A DNA stretch of 64,000 bases. It comes from Verrucomicrobiota bacterium (GTDB lineage: Bacteria; Verrucomicrobiota; Verrucomicrobiia; Opitutales; Cerasicoccaceae). Location: positions 352,001-416,000 of the forward strand of contig JBCBUK010000002.1 of NCBI GenBank assembly GCA_039818205.1, in the 5' to 3' direction. Of this stretch, positions 21,027 to 30,266 are shown piece after piece (within the stretch, counting starts at the first letter, position 1; every line of letters starts with the position of its first letter). Position numbers and translations under genes: made by a program. Below the pieces are notes generated by a model. That model was given only the letters and a program-made list of their open reading frames with translations. It was not told the DNA's origin and did not search any database.

Positions 21027-22090
21027 TATTTGGCGGGCTTCTTCTTCGGGGGACGGGCGGCAAAGTCGCACTCCTCGGGGAGTGGTTTTCCATCGATGAG
21101 GAAATCGGCGAACTGGCGAGCTAGCCAGGGGATGAACACATTTCCTTTGGAACCGAATCCATTGAACACGGCAACTTGCGGATTGTCAGGATGGAGGCCT
21201 GCACGTGGTATGTGGTCTCCCGTGGCGCAGCGTACGCCGGCGCGATGACCGATGACCCTTAGCTGATGACCGGGCAGGGTGTCCTCAACTTTAGACAGTA
21301 TCTCAAAGCGACCAGCTTCAGTCGGCTCGTGATCGGTCTTACCGCGGCCATATGTTGAACCGGTCCAAGCAGATCCATCTGGCAACGGGATGATCCATTT
21401 GTTGCGGTTGATCGGATTGGCCGGTAGTGGTTGATCCGACTTGATGGTCAGAATCTCTCCCTTGTTGGGTTGGAAATTGTAATCCTTGAACCAAGGGTTG
21501 TTCAGAATGCGCCAGCCTTCGGCAAATATGACCCGTTCGGCTTTGAGGTCACGCCAGGCGACATGATCGGCGTGGACTTGCAGATGGTCGTGATCAAAGT
21601 CAGCCTGGTGGAGTAGATTCTCTTTCTGGAAGAATTCAGTTAGGCAGTTGAGCAGGGGATTGGTTTCGACATAACCGCTTTGGTGGATCAGTAGGCTTCC
21701 GTCTCCGTCATTGACCCCGTGTTGGGAATCCGCGGGCTGGTCCGGGCCCAGAAAGGGTGTGAAACGCGGATCATCGCGGCGCTTCGCCAGCTGATTCTTT
21801 TCCGCCTCGCCATCAATGACGCGAAGGATCGGTGTCTCGTTGAAAAAGGATCGTCCGAATGTCTCGGCAATCTGTTGGTGAAACGCTTTCGCGGCTGGTA
21901 GGCAATCCTCGATACGCCAGGCGAGGTTGAGCCGCTGCCCTTGGACAGGGTTGACCATGCCCGCCGCAACCCGAGTCGAGCTGGTCCGATGGCAGTCATC
22001 GATGATGGCAATCGTTTGGCCGCGCCGATGCAACTCCCACGCGAGAACGCTACCCGCCATACCTTGGCCTATGATGATTGCCTTAAGCAT
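21026..22090 (-). CDS. FAD-dependent oxidoreductase (DAO family, MnmC oxidase-domain-like)
   Basis: IIGQGMAG, KGEIL, GVRCATGDHIP, NGFGSKG. Confidence 0.85.
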   Translation of the reverse strand: MLKAIIIGQGMAGSVLAWELHRRGQTIAIIDDCHRTSSTRVAAGMVNPVQGQRLNLAWRIEDCLPAAKAFHQQIAETFGRSFFNETPILRVIDGEAEKNQLAKRRDDPRFTPFLGPDQPADSQHGVNDGDGSLLIHQSGYVETNPLLNCLTEFFQKENLLHQADFDHDHLQVHADHVAWRDLKAERVIFAEGWRILNNPWFKDYNFQPNKGEILTIKSDQPLPANPINRNKWIIPLPDGSAWTGSTYGRGKTDHEPTEAGRFEILSKVEDTLPGHQLRVIGHRAGVRCATGDHIPRAGLHPDNPQVAVFNGFGSKGNVFIPWLARQFADFLIDGKPLPEECDFAARPPKKKPAK

Positions 22091-22124
22091 GCTTTGTGAT
22101 GCAAAGTATTGATGAGTTGTGGAT

Positions 22125-22145
22125 AAAAAACCAGCCACCGGTTGG
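22125..22145 (-). terminator. Intrinsic terminator downstream of PPi-PEPCK
   Basis: Minus strand ccaacc-ggt-ggctgg-tttttt. Confidence 0.55.
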
Positions 22146-22191
22146 TAGGACAACGCAATGGCTGGTGTGGAAATAGCGTAATGCTGTGTTG

Positions 22192-25100
22192 CTAGCTATG
22201 CAGGTAGGGGTCGGCGCCAAGCGTGCCAACGAGTTGCTCGACCCGGCCTGGTGCACGATAGATGGCCAGCGTTTGGCGGGCATGGTCAAGGCGGGATTCC
22301 AATTCGCTGGACATCGAGTTGTCCAAATTCTTTTGAATCTCCGCACCCAGGTAGGCTTCATGGCGTTCCCACAGGGCGATCTCAATCTTCTGGCGGCACT
22401 CGAGGCGAGCACGGTACCAGTCGCTTTCGAGAACGGCTTTGCGGGAGAATAGCTCGCGAACTTCTGGGTCACTGATGCTCTTACCCTCGTAGGTGCCATC
22501 GCGCATGATGTGCAATAGCGCCTTGAGTGGTGGGCATGCGCCTTCGATTGAGTTATCTTCGAAGTAGAGCTTGGCGACACGTTCGTGGGTGGCGAGGATG
22601 TTGTCCAAGCCATCGGCATAGACTTCCAAACCTTGCGCTTCCGGCTTGAGCATTTCTTCTGTCAGAACCGCGGCAGGGTTGCCGAAAATTCGTCCAAAGT
22701 AATGGCGAACAAAACGAGCGGTAATCCGATAGCCCAAGATGCTCGACTTCACGGTGCGTCCGTTTACCTCGACATCTGGAACCGGTTCGAGCATGCCCTC
22801 GTCAATCAAGGTTTGTGGATCGCGCTCACGTGGCTTCATGCGGCTCCAGACCTCGGGCACTAGCAGCGAGACGTCATGGTCGACCCGGTTCTTCGGTCCA
22901 ACGTATCCCGCGGCAGTGATAAACGGCTGATAACCAGTCAGGATAAAGGAAACCAGCGCATTGTTGAGGTCAACGATCGGAGGAAGGCAATTGAATGGTC
23001 CCTTCGTCAAAGCACCTTCCGAACCAGCGCCCGTCGTCGACGGACTCTTACCCGTCATGGAGGAAATGACTTCCATGAAGAACTCAGGCAATGGCAGGTA
23101 GTGAATTGGGTTGAACACCGCGAGGGAACGGATACCGTCTTGCGGCGGATTGTTCCGGCGACCCGGCAGCACTGCGTTCACTGGCATAGGGACGGGCTTG
23201 TTGTCGCCAATCCGGCGGAACAAACGAACACCGATCTCACCCAGGTAGTAGTGGCGCGGATCAACCAAATCGTCGCGGTCTTGGAGATAGCGAGGATTCT
23301 TTGTTGGCTTGCCATCAACCAAGCGTGGGTTCGAATTGATCACCATGTAGGAGCTGCCTTCATCCGCGAGGAATCCCTTAATGGCATCCTGCATTGGCTG
23401 AGTGAACTGCTCAAAGCGAATGGCGTCTTCAGTGAGGTCTTGGACGAACTCGCGATCGAGGGCCTCATAGTTCGAGAAGAAATTCCCAGGCTTGGACATG
23501 TCGAGCTCGGTGCGCTTGTCGTAACCCCGTACGATGGCGTCGTCTGGACGTTGGAACAGGCGGAACTCGCAGTTCTCAATGAACTTGACTGATGGGTTGT
23601 CGTAACGCTCGTTTAAGTGCTCAATGCTTTTGGCAGGAACGACAACGGCGGCCGAGATATCATCCTCGGTTTGCAGCTTCGATGCCGGATGGTAGTCCTT
23701 GCGCAAGCCAAAGATACGCCATGATCCGTCTTCATTGTAGCCGACCCGCAGGTATTGGGTGACCAGTCGCATGTCGCGATATTTGAGCCAATTGCCCGAT
23801 GAGCCGTTTACCGTGTCGACACCGAAGCGGCTGCGCCAGTCACCTTGCCAGTCTTCTTTATAGAAGCGTTTAACAATGAAGATGAGTTCCTTGATGTAGT
23901 AAGGGATGTCGCGCAGCCAGGTGTTGTATTCGTCGGTGTATTCCGGAGCTGGAGTTAGCAGCTTAACCACCGAGCCCAGGCTACGGCTTTGGTCGAGGAC
24001 CTTACGTCCTTCGGGACGGTTCTTAGCCTCGTCCTTGAAACGCATTCCATATTCCTTCGCGATGATTTCTTCGACCTTGTCGAAGTCGCTATCGAAATCA
24101 GCGACGATTACCGGCGCGTAAATAATTGCGTCGGAGATGGATTTTGAAATCTCAGACTTTCCTCCACCGGATACCGTGCAAGGCTTGTGGCAGAAGGTGC
24201 CCTCAGCACTCGTTCCAACGAGGCGCCAACGCCGACCCTCAGTGGCTGGACGTAGCATCTCGATCTTGTAACCGGACGGCATCACGTAGGTGATGTGTGG
24301 GCGCAGGCGCATGCAACGGCGATTGTCATCCTTGCCCCAGCAAACGGTTTGGTCGGCAAGCGAAATGATCGTGTCTTCCGGCACGTAATGGATGTCCGGA
24401 TATTGCTTGTCGATCGCGTGGCCCTCTGGCTGGCGCACGATACGATCGCCGAGAACCTGCATCGCCTCTTCGAATTTGTGGTCGAGCTCAGGAATGAACT
24501 TCGCCAAGCGGAAGTCCTCTCCAAGGTCATAGCTGGGGAAAGCAATGGCTCCACCAGCGTGTTCTTCTTCGGCCAATCCATAGAGGTTGGCAGCGTAGCT
24601 GATCTGAGTCTTAACCTCCTTCTTGCAGTAGCCGAAATAGTTGTCCGCAATGATGGTAATGACCACGCCTGATGCATCGCGAGCGGTGAGCTTAAAGGCA
24701 GTGCCGCCATTGTAGAGCTCATCATCTTTTTCCCAGCACATGCCATCGCGCTTCTGCCCCTCGGTGGCTTCGTCGATATGGGGAAGACCAAGCTCCTTCT
24801 TGGTCTTGGTAATTAAGTGTGGTGCCAAGATTACGCAGCCGGTGTGCCCGGTCCAATGATGGACATCCACCGCTGCATCGTTTTCCGGCAGGAACGGATC
24901 ACCAGCATTACCAAAGATACTTTCAACAAAGTCCAGGTTGGCGACCATGTTGCCCGGGGCAAAAAACCGAACTTCGTAGCGCTTTTCAGAAATGGTCCCT
25001 TCAACACTTGGGCAAACGACCGGACGCATCAGCAACGATGTCCAAACCTCCGCCGGGGTCTCCGCGTTTGCGGTGAATGGCAATTGCTTGAGTGAGCTGG

Positions 25101-25647
25101 GTGGATTCAACGCTTCTTTGAGCATGCGCGCAAAGGTCACCTTTGGCACCGCCAACTTGTCAGCGGGAATCGGCAGGCCGCCCTCGGTTACGTGGAAGAC
25201 ACCCTTGGTGGTGCGGCGGTCGCTCTTTGGATTGTGGATGACGCCGTTGTGCACCCGGTAGCTGTTGATAATGTCCGAGGAAAATTCATCTTGCTCCGGT
25301 GGGACTGAGAGGACGCGGGCCAGACCGTGGCGGTCGAGGCAAAGAGTGCTGTGGGGCAGGCGCGGGCGTGGCTCACTTGGTGGGAGCTCCTCCAAGTAGC
25401 GGTCGATGAAGTCCTGTGCCCGTTGATCAACGGGGCTCAAATGCCCGGCGAGCAGACGTGTCTGTTCTTGATACTGAGCCAGAATCCCTTTGGCCAAGCG
25501 CATGAACGGATAGTTGGCTTCATCGCCGACGATTGGCTGGTTCAGGCCAGCGAGTTTTAGATTCGCGTATTCGATCAAGAATGGATCGCGAGATACGGCG
25601 CGACGTTCGTTGTCAGGCAAGAGACCAATGGCGGTTTCCAGGTTCAT
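22192..25647 (-). CDS. PPi-dependent phosphoenolpyruvate carboxykinase (PEP carboxytransphosphorylase)
   Basis: About 1150 aa; HNPKSDRRTTKGVFH, NYFGYCKKE, EEEHAGG, HKPCTVSGGGKSEISK, GKSPSTTGAGSEGALTK. Confidence 0.88.
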   Translation of the reverse strand: MNLETAIGLLPDNERRAVSRDPFLIEYANLKLAGLNQPIVGDEANYPFMRLAKGILAQYQEQTRLLAGHLSPVDQRAQDFIDRYLEELPPSEPRPRLPHSTLCLDRHGLARVLSVPPEQDEFSSDIINSYRVHNGVIHNPKSDRRTTKGVFHVTEGGLPIPADKLAVPKVTFARMLKEALNPPSSLKQLPFTANAETPAEVWTSLLMRPVVCPSVEGTISEKRYEVRFFAPGNMVANLDFVESIFGNAGDPFLPENDAAVDVHHWTGHTGCVILAPHLITKTKKELGLPHIDEATEGQKRDGMCWEKDDELYNGGTAFKLTARDASGVVITIIADNYFGYCKKEVKTQISYAANLYGLAEEEHAGGAIAFPSYDLGEDFRLAKFIPELDHKFEEAMQVLGDRIVRQPEGHAIDKQYPDIHYVPEDTIISLADQTVCWGKDDNRRCMRLRPHITYVMPSGYKIEMLRPATEGRRWRLVGTSAEGTFCHKPCTVSGGGKSEISKSISDAIIYAPVIVADFDSDFDKVEEIIAKEYGMRFKDEAKNRPEGRKVLDQSRSLGSVVKLLTPAPEYTDEYNTWLRDIPYYIKELIFIVKRFYKEDWQGDWRSRFGVDTVNGSSGNWLKYRDMRLVTQYLRVGYNEDGSWRIFGLRKDYHPASKLQTEDDISAAVVVPAKSIEHLNERYDNPSVKFIENCEFRLFQRPDDAIVRGYDKRTELDMSKPGNFFSNYEALDREFVQDLTEDAIRFEQFTQPMQDAIKGFLADEGSSYMVINSNPRLVDGKPTKNPRYLQDRDDLVDPRHYYLGEIGVRLFRRIGDNKPVPMPVNAVLPGRRNNPPQDGIRSLAVFNPIHYLPLPEFFMEVISSMTGKSPSTTGAGSEGALTKGPFNCLPPIVDLNNALVSFILTGYQPFITAAGYVGPKNRVDHDVSLLVPEVWSRMKPRERDPQTLIDEGMLEPVPDVEVNGRTVKSSILGYRITARFVRHYFGRIFGNPAAVLTEEMLKPEAQGLEVYADGLDNILATHERVAKLYFEDNSIEGACPPLKALLHIMRDGTYEGKSISDPEVRELFSRKAVLESDWYRARLECRQKIEIALWERHEAYLGAEIQKNLDNSMSSELESRLDHARQTLAIYRAPGRVEQLVGTLGADPYLHS

Positions 25648-25849
25648 GGCAGCGATGATTGGTTGATTATGGTTCAAGTAATTAGACGGACTGAAAAGCA
25701 AATAGGCGGCTAATACGCGGGACAACACTTTTCAGAGTGAATGATAGACTTTTTGTCATTAAATTTATTTATTACAAGAAAAATCAAAATAAGCTTAGGT
25801 TTTTGTCAACGTGTATCAATTTCGAAAATATTTTGGTTGCAAAATCTAA

Positions 25850-25871
25850 ATTTTCGGAAATTATTGAAAAT
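25850..25871. promoter_or_regulatory. Putative GbsR/MarR-family operator 1
   Basis: attttcggaaattattgaaaat, imperfect palindrome abutting the regulator ATG. Confidence 0.65.
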
Positions 25872-26426
25872 ATGGAAACAGTCAATCAACCAACTACCGA
25901 GCTCGAACTTGCCCGTGAAGATTTCATCCGTCAGTGGGGTGCGATGGGTAGCGCTTGGGGAATCAACCGCACGATGGCGATGATCCATGCCCTGTTGATG
26001 ACGAACCCAGTCCCGATGACTACCGATCAGATAATGGAAGAGCTCCAGGTCAGCCGGGGAAATGCCAACGCCAACCTTCGTGAGCTTGTCGGTTGGGGGT
26101 TGCTGCGCCCCGTCGCGGTCAAAGGAGAGCGCAAGGATTTCTACGAAGCCGAAAAGGATGTATGGAAGATTTTCTGCTCGATCACCCGAGAGCGAAAGCG
26201 CCGCGAAATTGAGCCAGCCCTTGCGGTTCTTGAGCATTGTGCTGCGCGCACCAAAGATATTGAGGGCGAGCAGGCGAAGCAGTTCTGCAAAATGATGCAG
26301 GACCTTGGAGATTTCGTTTCCGCAGCATCCTCCGTAATGGATAAGGTCTCTCGAAGCGAACGAAGTAAAGTGGTTCCGGCCACACTCAAACTATTTGGAC
26401 AGAACGATAAATTTTTTAAGGAGTAA
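25872..26426 (+). CDS. GbsR/MarR family transcriptional regulator
   Basis: FIRQWGAMGSAWGINRTMAMIHALL; SRGNAN.NLREL..WGL; ERKRRE. Confidence 0.92.
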   Translation: METVNQPTTELELAREDFIRQWGAMGSAWGINRTMAMIHALLMTNPVPMTTDQIMEELQVSRGNANANLRELVGWGLLRPVAVKGERKDFYEAEKDVWKIFCSITRERKRREIEPALAVLEHCAARTKDIEGEQAKQFCKMMQDLGDFVSAASSVMDKVSRSERSKVVPATLKLFGQNDKFFKE

Positions 26427-26430
26427 CACG

Positions 26431-26595
26431 ATGAACAAGGAACAAACCACACGACTGATGCCGCGCCTGCGAGGCAGAGCTCTTACCCGTGCAAATCGCA
26501 ATCATGCGCCGCGGCGCCGCCTGGAGCATAATCTGGAAACCTATGGAGTCGGCCTGACTGCTTTTGCTTTTTTTGTCCGGTTAATTTTCAGATAA
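26431..26595 (+). CDS. Small hypothetical protein (54 aa) with C-terminal hydrophobic segment
   Basis: AAGGAG upstream of ATG; 4 nt after the regulator stop. Confidence 0.45.
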   Translation: MNKEQTTRLMPRLRGRALTRANRNHAPRRRLEHNLETYGVGLTAFAFFVRLIFR

Positions 26596-26605
26596 TTCCG
26601 AAAAT
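26584..26605. promoter_or_regulatory. Putative GbsR/MarR-family operator 2
   Basis: attttcagataattccgaaaat; its reverse complement closely matches operator 1. Confidence 0.65.
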
Positions 26606-26685
26606 ATAAAAATTATAAACTTTACTTTAAACGCTGCTACGACGATTCGACTCGCGTAGCGGAGAACTGCGGAGCCTGTAATCCG

Positions 26686-27438
26686 ATGTTAAAACAACTA
26701 GAAACAACTTTAGCCGAGGAGCGGTTAGCGCATGAGGGTGGCCCGCTGATGCGGGCCGCCTGGCGCGATGTATTAATGATCCATTTTCTGATCGATCCAG
26801 CTGAGCTCCAAGGCCATGTGCCCTTCGAACTCGATCTGTGCGAAGGCTGGGCGGTGGTAACCTTAGTTGCCTTCCGGATGGAGGAAATTCGATTGGAAGT
26901 AGCCATTGATTTCCCGAATTGGATTATGGCTCCAGCTGAACACACCTTTCTCAACGTGCGCACCTATGTGCGTGTTGGAGACGAGGAGGGGATCTTCTTT
27001 CTCAGCGAGTACGTGCCTAAGTTGTTGGCGCGTTTTATTGGGCCAGTTACATACGGACTGCCCTATCGATTCACCCAGATGAATTATCAGCACCACGGGG
27101 GTGGGCGCTGCTTCTTTGGCGATATCGGTCGTCGGGAAAAGTTGGTCTTTGCGGCAGAGTATGCGCTCGAAGCGACCGATGGTGAGGTCGACGAATTCGA
27201 CGACTTTGTCCACGAGCGGTACAATGCATTTACGCGTCGCCGCGGGGAAACGATTCGCTTTCGGGTCGCCCATCCCCGTTGGGAGATGCATCGAGCTCGG
27301 ATGCTCGCTTGGGAGGATGGGCTACTGGAACGGGACTTTCCATTCTGGGATCGAACGCAATTCGTAGCCGCGTTTTTCACCCCTGGATTCGACGATGTCG
27401 CATTGGGTGCTCCGGTTGTCCTCCGCGAAGAAAGGTAG
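26686..27438 (+). CDS. DUF2071 (YqjF family) protein
   Basis: WRDVLMIHF, NVRTYVR..GIFFLSE, LPY, ERY, HPRW. Confidence 0.88.
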   Translation: MLKQLETTLAEERLAHEGGPLMRAAWRDVLMIHFLIDPAELQGHVPFELDLCEGWAVVTLVAFRMEEIRLEVAIDFPNWIMAPAEHTFLNVRTYVRVGDEEGIFFLSEYVPKLLARFIGPVTYGLPYRFTQMNYQHHGGGRCFFGDIGRREKLVFAAEYALEATDGEVDEFDDFVHERYNAFTRRRGETIRFRVAHPRWEMHRARMLAWEDGLLERDFPFWDRTQFVAAFFTPGFDDVALGAPVVLREER

Positions 27439-27440
27439 CT

Positions 27441-27872
27441 ATGGAAACGCATCATTGGATCATCTATTTGCTTTATTTTGCTGGGGCCGCGCAGATATTT
27501 GTCGCCCTCATTTACAACTGGGTGCGGCGCATCCTGGAGTGGGATGAGGCGATCGACTCTATGCCGACCACGCTGAATCGGCAGATTGCTCACACTTACA
27601 GCCGATACATCCAAGGGCTCAATTTTGCCTTTGGAGTCATCACGATTGCGTTGGCAGATAGCTTTCTCGAAGAGCCGCGATTTGGCGCTGCCATTGCCTT
27701 GCTGCTCTTAGTCTATTGGGGCGTGCGTTTCGTGATATCGCTGGCTTACTACGATATTCGAGCCATCGTCGCTCAGCGCCCACTCTATCGAATCGGAAAC
27801 ATCGGGTTTAGTGCGCTGTTTGCAATGGTTGCCGCAATCTACGGCGCCACGGCGTCGGCCATACTATTTTGA
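27441..27872 (+). CDS. Hypothetical multi-pass membrane protein
   Basis: METHHW start 2 nt after the DUF2071 stop; about 4 TM helices. Confidence 0.7.
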   Translation: METHHWIIYLLYFAGAAQIFVALIYNWVRRILEWDEAIDSMPTTLNRQIAHTYSRYIQGLNFAFGVITIALADSFLEEPRFGAAIALLLLVYWGVRFVISLAYYDIRAIVAQRPLYRIGNIGFSALFAMVAAIYGATASAILF

Positions 27873-30200
27873 ACGCCGCCGCCAGAACCAGAAGCCAATC
27901 AAGCCGCCGCCGAGTGCAAACAGCGCGTAGGTCGATGGTTCGGGGACCGGCGTAAACACGAGCTGGAGCGTGTTACTATCGGCTAGTAGCGAAAAGTCAC
28001 CTTGCAGGTAATTGGGGTTCAGGATGAACAGGCCATTGTCCTGTAAACTCTGCGTGGCGAAGGCCACATCCCACGAGTGCGCTGAATTCCAGAAGGTATT
28101 ACCAGAATCTGGATCGGCGACGTCGACGAAATCGAGTGAGATGATTGAAAAAGTCTGGAATACGATGTTTTGGCCGAAAACCTGATCCCAATCGATTCCG
28201 GGCTGACCATCCTGGTTGTTGTCAGTGAGGTTCAGGAGCTGCCACGCATAGGTCGTGTTGGCATCGACCGTTAGGTTGCCCGATACGCCTAAGATCCCGG
28301 CAAAATCACCCGGTTCCAGGGATCCGTTGATAATTGCGACATTACCCAAAATGGTTCCGTTGCCGCTTAATGCGCCGCCATCGAGGTTGATGGTGCCCGT
28401 CGTCGAGATCAAACCGCCGCTACTCACGCGTAGATCGACGTTGGTTAAGGTTGGAGACGCCGTGCCGAATAGAATCTGTCCATTATCGGTTGCCTCGATG
28501 AATGAGGTCAGGTTGCCACCGTGCTCCATCGTCGAGAGGGAAGCAAGGTTGACCGCACTGCCAGTTCCGTTGGCCGTGATTGAGGTCTTACTGGGATTGA
28601 TCGTGGTGACCCCGCCCAGATCAACGATGCCACCGTTTGTGGCCGAAATGTTAAGGCGGGTGCTCGCGGCGGTGTTCCCAGTCATCGTAGTGACAGTGCT
28701 CAAATCAATCGCACTGCCGGTTCCGTCGGCGTTGATCGTGGTATTCACGAAGCCCGTGAACCCATTGTAGGAACTAATGCTGGGAACGGAAATGGAGCCT
28801 CCATTGATGGCGCTCAGGCTCGAACCATTGATATTGAGGAAGGTGCTGAGGTTGACGGAGGTGCCGTCAATATTCAGGCCCCCGTCGAGCCACTCTGAGA
28901 ATGCGGCGAGGTCGACGATGCCCGTGCCATCGTATTCCAGATCGAAGAACTGTACCGTAATGTTGTTTTGGCCAAAGGAAATTTCGCCGCCGTTGGTTGC
29001 TTGAATCAAGCCGCCAACGTTACCGGTATTGACCATCGAGTTGACATTGGACAGGTCGATACGGCTTCCAATGCCATCAGCGGTAAAGCGCGTGCTACCA
29101 CCATCGATTATTTGCAATCCGCTCAGGTCAACTAGGCCACCGTCAAATGCCTGAAACCGACCCCGCGTGCTGGCGGCGGTGTTTCCGGTGATGGTCATGA
29201 CTTGATCCATGAGGATGGTCGAAGACGTTCCGTTGGCTTCGATGTTGGTATTCAGGAACGCGGTGCCACTATTGTAGTCAGTGAGGGTGCTCAGGTCGAC
29301 AAAGGCTCCGTTTAAAGCCCGAAAACCAGTGCCATCAGCATTGACCAAACTAGAGAAAATTCCGGTATTCCCGTCGAACGTTGCCGTTCCACCATTGTAG
29401 TTCACAATGCCGTCGACATCCAAGGTTGAGGTGCTGTCGAGCGTGATGTTTGTCGTTACTAGATCAATGCCAGCAAGCGGCAGGAGAATGCTGCCTCCAT
29501 TGGTTGCATGGAGCCCAGAATTGGTGTTCCCGGTATGGTTCAGTGATTGAAAATTCGACAGGTCAATCTGGCTGCCAATCCCATCTGCAGTAAACGAAAC
29601 CCGTCCATTGGCGACGGTGTTCAAATTGAAAAGATCGATGGAGCCTCCGCTTGATGCCGTGACTCGAGTGACCACGCTGGCGGCTGTTCCGCCCGTCATG
29701 GTTATCATGCTGGACAGATCAAGGAACGATCCATCACCCGTCGCCTCCAGGCGATTGGCCACGAAAGCTGTGGTGTTCACATAGCTCGCGACATTGGGCG
29801 CGAACAGCTGACCGCCATTTCTGACGAACACATCAGCCTGATCGAAGCTCGTCGTTCCCGAAAATGTTACGATCCCGGCGTCTACAATCAGATCCGTGAG
29901 CGAACCCGTGGAAAAGCTACCGTTAATCGCCGAATCGCCAAAAAGAGATAAACTACCGCTATTCAGCACCAGATCGTTCTGGGCGGTAAGTGTGCCGGCC
30001 TGCGCGCCAGAGTCGATGCTAACGGTCAGCGCAACTTCTTGGGAAATGGTAACATCATCAACATTCGTTGGTACCGTTCCGGTACTCCAATTTGTCGTGG
30101 TTTCCCAGTCGCCGTCGACCGGGTTGATCCAATCGATAGCTACGCCCGGTAGCGACGATGTCACCACCAAGTAAGCCAAAATGGGAGAGCAGCCCTTCAT
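27864..30200 (-). CDS. PEP-CTERM surface protein with beta-strand repeats
   Basis: Signal peptide; G.GS.IDLS repeats; VPEPSTYALFALGGGLIGFWFWRRRSK. Confidence 0.92.
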   Translation of the reverse strand: MKGCSPILAYLVVTSSLPGVAIDWINPVDGDWETTTNWSTGTVPTNVDDVTISQEVALTVSIDSGAQAGTLTAQNDLVLNSGSLSLFGDSAINGSFSTGSLTDLIVDAGIVTFSGTTSFDQADVFVRNGGQLFAPNVASYVNTTAFVANRLEATGDGSFLDLSSMITMTGGTAASVVTRVTASSGGSIDLFNLNTVANGRVSFTADGIGSQIDLSNFQSLNHTGNTNSGLHATNGGSILLPLAGIDLVTTNITLDSTSTLDVDGIVNYNGGTATFDGNTGIFSSLVNADGTGFRALNGAFVDLSTLTDYNSGTAFLNTNIEANGTSSTILMDQVMTITGNTAASTRGRFQAFDGGLVDLSGLQIIDGGSTRFTADGIGSRIDLSNVNSMVNTGNVGGLIQATNGGEISFGQNNITVQFFDLEYDGTGIVDLAAFSEWLDGGLNIDGTSVNLSTFLNINGSSLSAINGGSISVPSISSYNGFTGFVNTTINADGTGSAIDLSTVTTMTGNTAASTRLNISATNGGIVDLGGVTTINPSKTSITANGTGSAVNLASLSTMEHGGNLTSFIEATDNGQILFGTASPTLTNVDLRVSSGGLISTTGTINLDGGALSGNGTILGNVAIINGSLEPGDFAGILGVSGNLTVDANTTYAWQLLNLTDNNQDGQPGIDWDQVFGQNIVFQTFSIISLDFVDVADPDSGNTFWNSAHSWDVAFATQSLQDNGLFILNPNYLQGDFSLLADSNTLQLVFTPVPEPSTYALFALGGGLIGFWFWRRRSK

Positions 30201-30266
30201 AGTAGATAGGCTGACATGCTATCCGACGAGAGCTGCAGGTCAATTGCGAATAAATGAGGTTCCGAC

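Noticed and set aside
22118..22126. Perfect DnaA box TGTGGATAA
   Set aside because: Single copy with no box cluster or dnaA nearby; does not support oriC
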